Source: a virus
Taxonomy: Duplodnaviria; Caudoviricetes
IMG/VR virus record: IMGVR_UViG_3300027741_000078
Span: 1-56,134 of that record
DNA: 56,134 bases
Strand: one strand, 5' to 3'
In this document: piece after piece, positions 54,572-56,134 of the stretch
How positions within the stretch are numbered: position 1 is the stretch's first letter
How the letters are laid out: every line of letters starts with the position of its first letter
Program-made: the position numbers and the translations under genes
The notes under the pieces: model-generated
Databases searched by the model: none
The model's input: only the letters and a program-made list of their open reading frames with translations
Told to the model about the DNA's origin: nothing

Positions 54572-56134
54572 TGTTTGCAGCATCTAAATCTGGTAAAGCT
54601 GCGGCTGCGGCTGTCACAACGGATCAATATTTCCCGTACGTCCCCTTGCTGTTGGAGACGACCAGCACGAACGGGCAGCAGAACAACACGTTCTTAGATT
54701 CCAGCAGCAACACATTCACCATCACCCGCAACGGAACCCCAACGCAGGGCAGCTCGACTCCGTATTGGCCGAATGGGCAGTGGAGTAATTATTTTAATGG
54801 TAGTACGGATCGTTTTTCTTTAGGAACTAACGCAGCACTCAATCCCGGAACAGGAAATTTTACTTTTGAATGTTGGATCTATTCCACGGGCACAACCACA
54901 AATTCTTCTTTGTTTGAAGGTGCTACCGGCGGACTTTCTGTCACATTTAATGGTTCAAATCAACTTTCTGTTGCGCAATCAGGAGTAGGGTACTTAATTA
55001 CAGATCCTGCGGCGTTCGCCCTAGCAAATCAGTGGGTTCACATTGCCGTAGTGCGGTCTGGAACGAATTTGTCTTTGTATAAAAACGGTACAAGGGTTGC
55101 CACTTCTGCGGCTAATTCAACTTCTTTTGTCACTGTAACCCAAAACTATATTGCGTTTAACGGGGGTTCCGTTTATTTCCCCGGTTACATTTCAAATCTG
55201 CGTTTGGCTATTGGGGCAGTAGTTTACGATCCAACACTAACCACCCTCACCGTTCCAACCGCGCCTTTGACTTCAACCACTGGCGGAACAACCCCCCCAA
55301 CAGGCACTCAGACAAAACTTCTTATTTGCCAATCCAACCGATTTATTGACAACGCATCTTCCCCAAATACAATTACATTGGCTGGCACCCCACAAGTCCA
55401 AGCATTCCAGCCGTTTTCCCCGTCGGCATCGTACACCACTGCGCTGTATGGCGGGGGCGGGTACTTTAATGGTAGTACGGATTATCTAACAACTCCAAGC
55501 AACTCCGCGTTTTACATATCATCCGGGCAATTTACTATTGAGGCTTGGATTTATAAAACGGCAACGGGCAACTTTACAATTATTGCTCAGTCGCAGAATA
55601 ACGGTACGCCGTATGCCGGATGGACTTTAAGAATTAGTTCTACCGGCAATCTTGTTTTTGAAGGAACAAACGGCGCTCTTGTAACTGGCGCAACGGCCTT
55701 GCCAAACAACACATGGATTCACGTTGCTGCCGTTCGAGTTACAAGCGCAATTGTTCTTTATGTTAATGGCAAGTCCGACAACACCGGAACACCTGCAATC
55801 ACAGATTATGCAGGAACCCTAACGGTAGGAAATTACACCTTTCCTGTGGCCGGAAGATACTTTAGCGGCTACATAAGTAATTTACGGTTTGTAAAGGGCG
55901 CAGCAGTCTACACCGGCAACTTCACCCCACCCACGCTTGCACCGTTAACCACTTTGGGTACAACTAGCGCGGCAAGTTATACAGACACCACTAACGTCAA
56001 CACAACCTTTACATCGGGCACCAGCCTCCTGCTCAACATGACCAACGCAGGAATCTACGACGCCGCCGCGCAGAACGATATTATTACGGTTGGTGAAGTT
56101 CAGACCAGCACAACCCCGACGCCTAAATTTGGCG
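54571..56134 (+). CDS. LamG multi-domain receptor-binding protein, variant B (3'-truncated; absent from the ORF track)
   Basis: TAATG-coupled ATG; MFAASKSG...FTFECWIY...WVHIAVVR...GYISNLR; appears open to the window end on spot checks. Confidence 0.85.
   Translation, partial: MFAASKSGKAAAAAVTTDQYFPYVPLLLETTSTNGQQNNTFLDSSSNTFTITRNGTPTQGSSTPYWPNGQWSNYFNGSTDRFSLGTNAALNPGTGNFTFECWIYSTGTTTNSSLFEGATGGLSVTFNGSNQLSVAQSGVGYLITDPAAFALANQWVHIAVVRSGTNLSLYKNGTRVATSAANSTSFVTVTQNYIAFNGGSVYFPGYISNLRLAIGAVVYDPTLTTLTVPTAPLTSTTGGTTPPTGTQTKLLICQSNRFIDNASSPNTITLAGTPQVQAFQPFSPSASYTTALYGGGGYFNGSTDYLTTPSNSAFYISSGQFTIEAWIYKTATGNFTIIAQSQNNGTPYAGWTLRISSTGNLVFEGTNGALVTGATALPNNTWIHVAAVRVTSAIVLYVNGKSDNTGTPAITDYAGTLTVGNYTFPVAGRYFSGYISNLRFVKGAAVYTGNFTPPTLAPLTTLGTTSAASYTDTTNVNTTFTSGTSLLLNMTNAGIYDAAAQNDIITVGEVQTSTTPTPKFG

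Noticed and set aside
53348-56134. Diversity-generating retroelement (Mtd-N-like fibre plus near-identical repeats)
   Set aside because: No reverse transcriptase seen; differences between copies are not adenine-specific (several C/T changes) and both copies are coding

Overview
Near-complete genome of a tailed dsDNA phage with a podovirus-like gene set. No integrase, repressor or DNA polymerase was recognised; the host is plausibly a freshwater betaproteobacterium (inference only). Read as a circle of about 54.4 kb, the order is: TerS, TerL with intein, portal, GroES-like protein, scaffold, capsid, head/tail and fibre genes (35.8-56.1 kb, continuing at 1-5.4 kb); lysis cassette (5.5-7.2 kb); tail genes, a GT60-like glycosyltransferase, a 2343-aa serine-rich protein and candidate ejection proteins (7.3-23.9 kb); a leftward recombination/metabolism operon (24.3-28.5 kb); a rightward replication and early region (28.7-35.5 kb). 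Positions 1-121 are identical to 54377-54497, but the sequences that follow are two different versions of a LamG adhesin gene. Highlights: (1) a TerL intein carrying an HNH endonuclease in a different, overlapping reading frame with its own predicted promoter and RBS; (2) a polypeptide-GlcNAc-transferase-like gene directly upstream of a giant Ser-rich/mucin-like virion-module protein, a candidate phage protein O-glycosylation system; (3) two LamG adhesin variants with swapped domain cores; (4) a 17-bp promoter element repeated three times, twice with an upstream palindrome; (5) a structured non-coding element upstream of terS. All family calls come from motifs recognised by eye; no database search was run.
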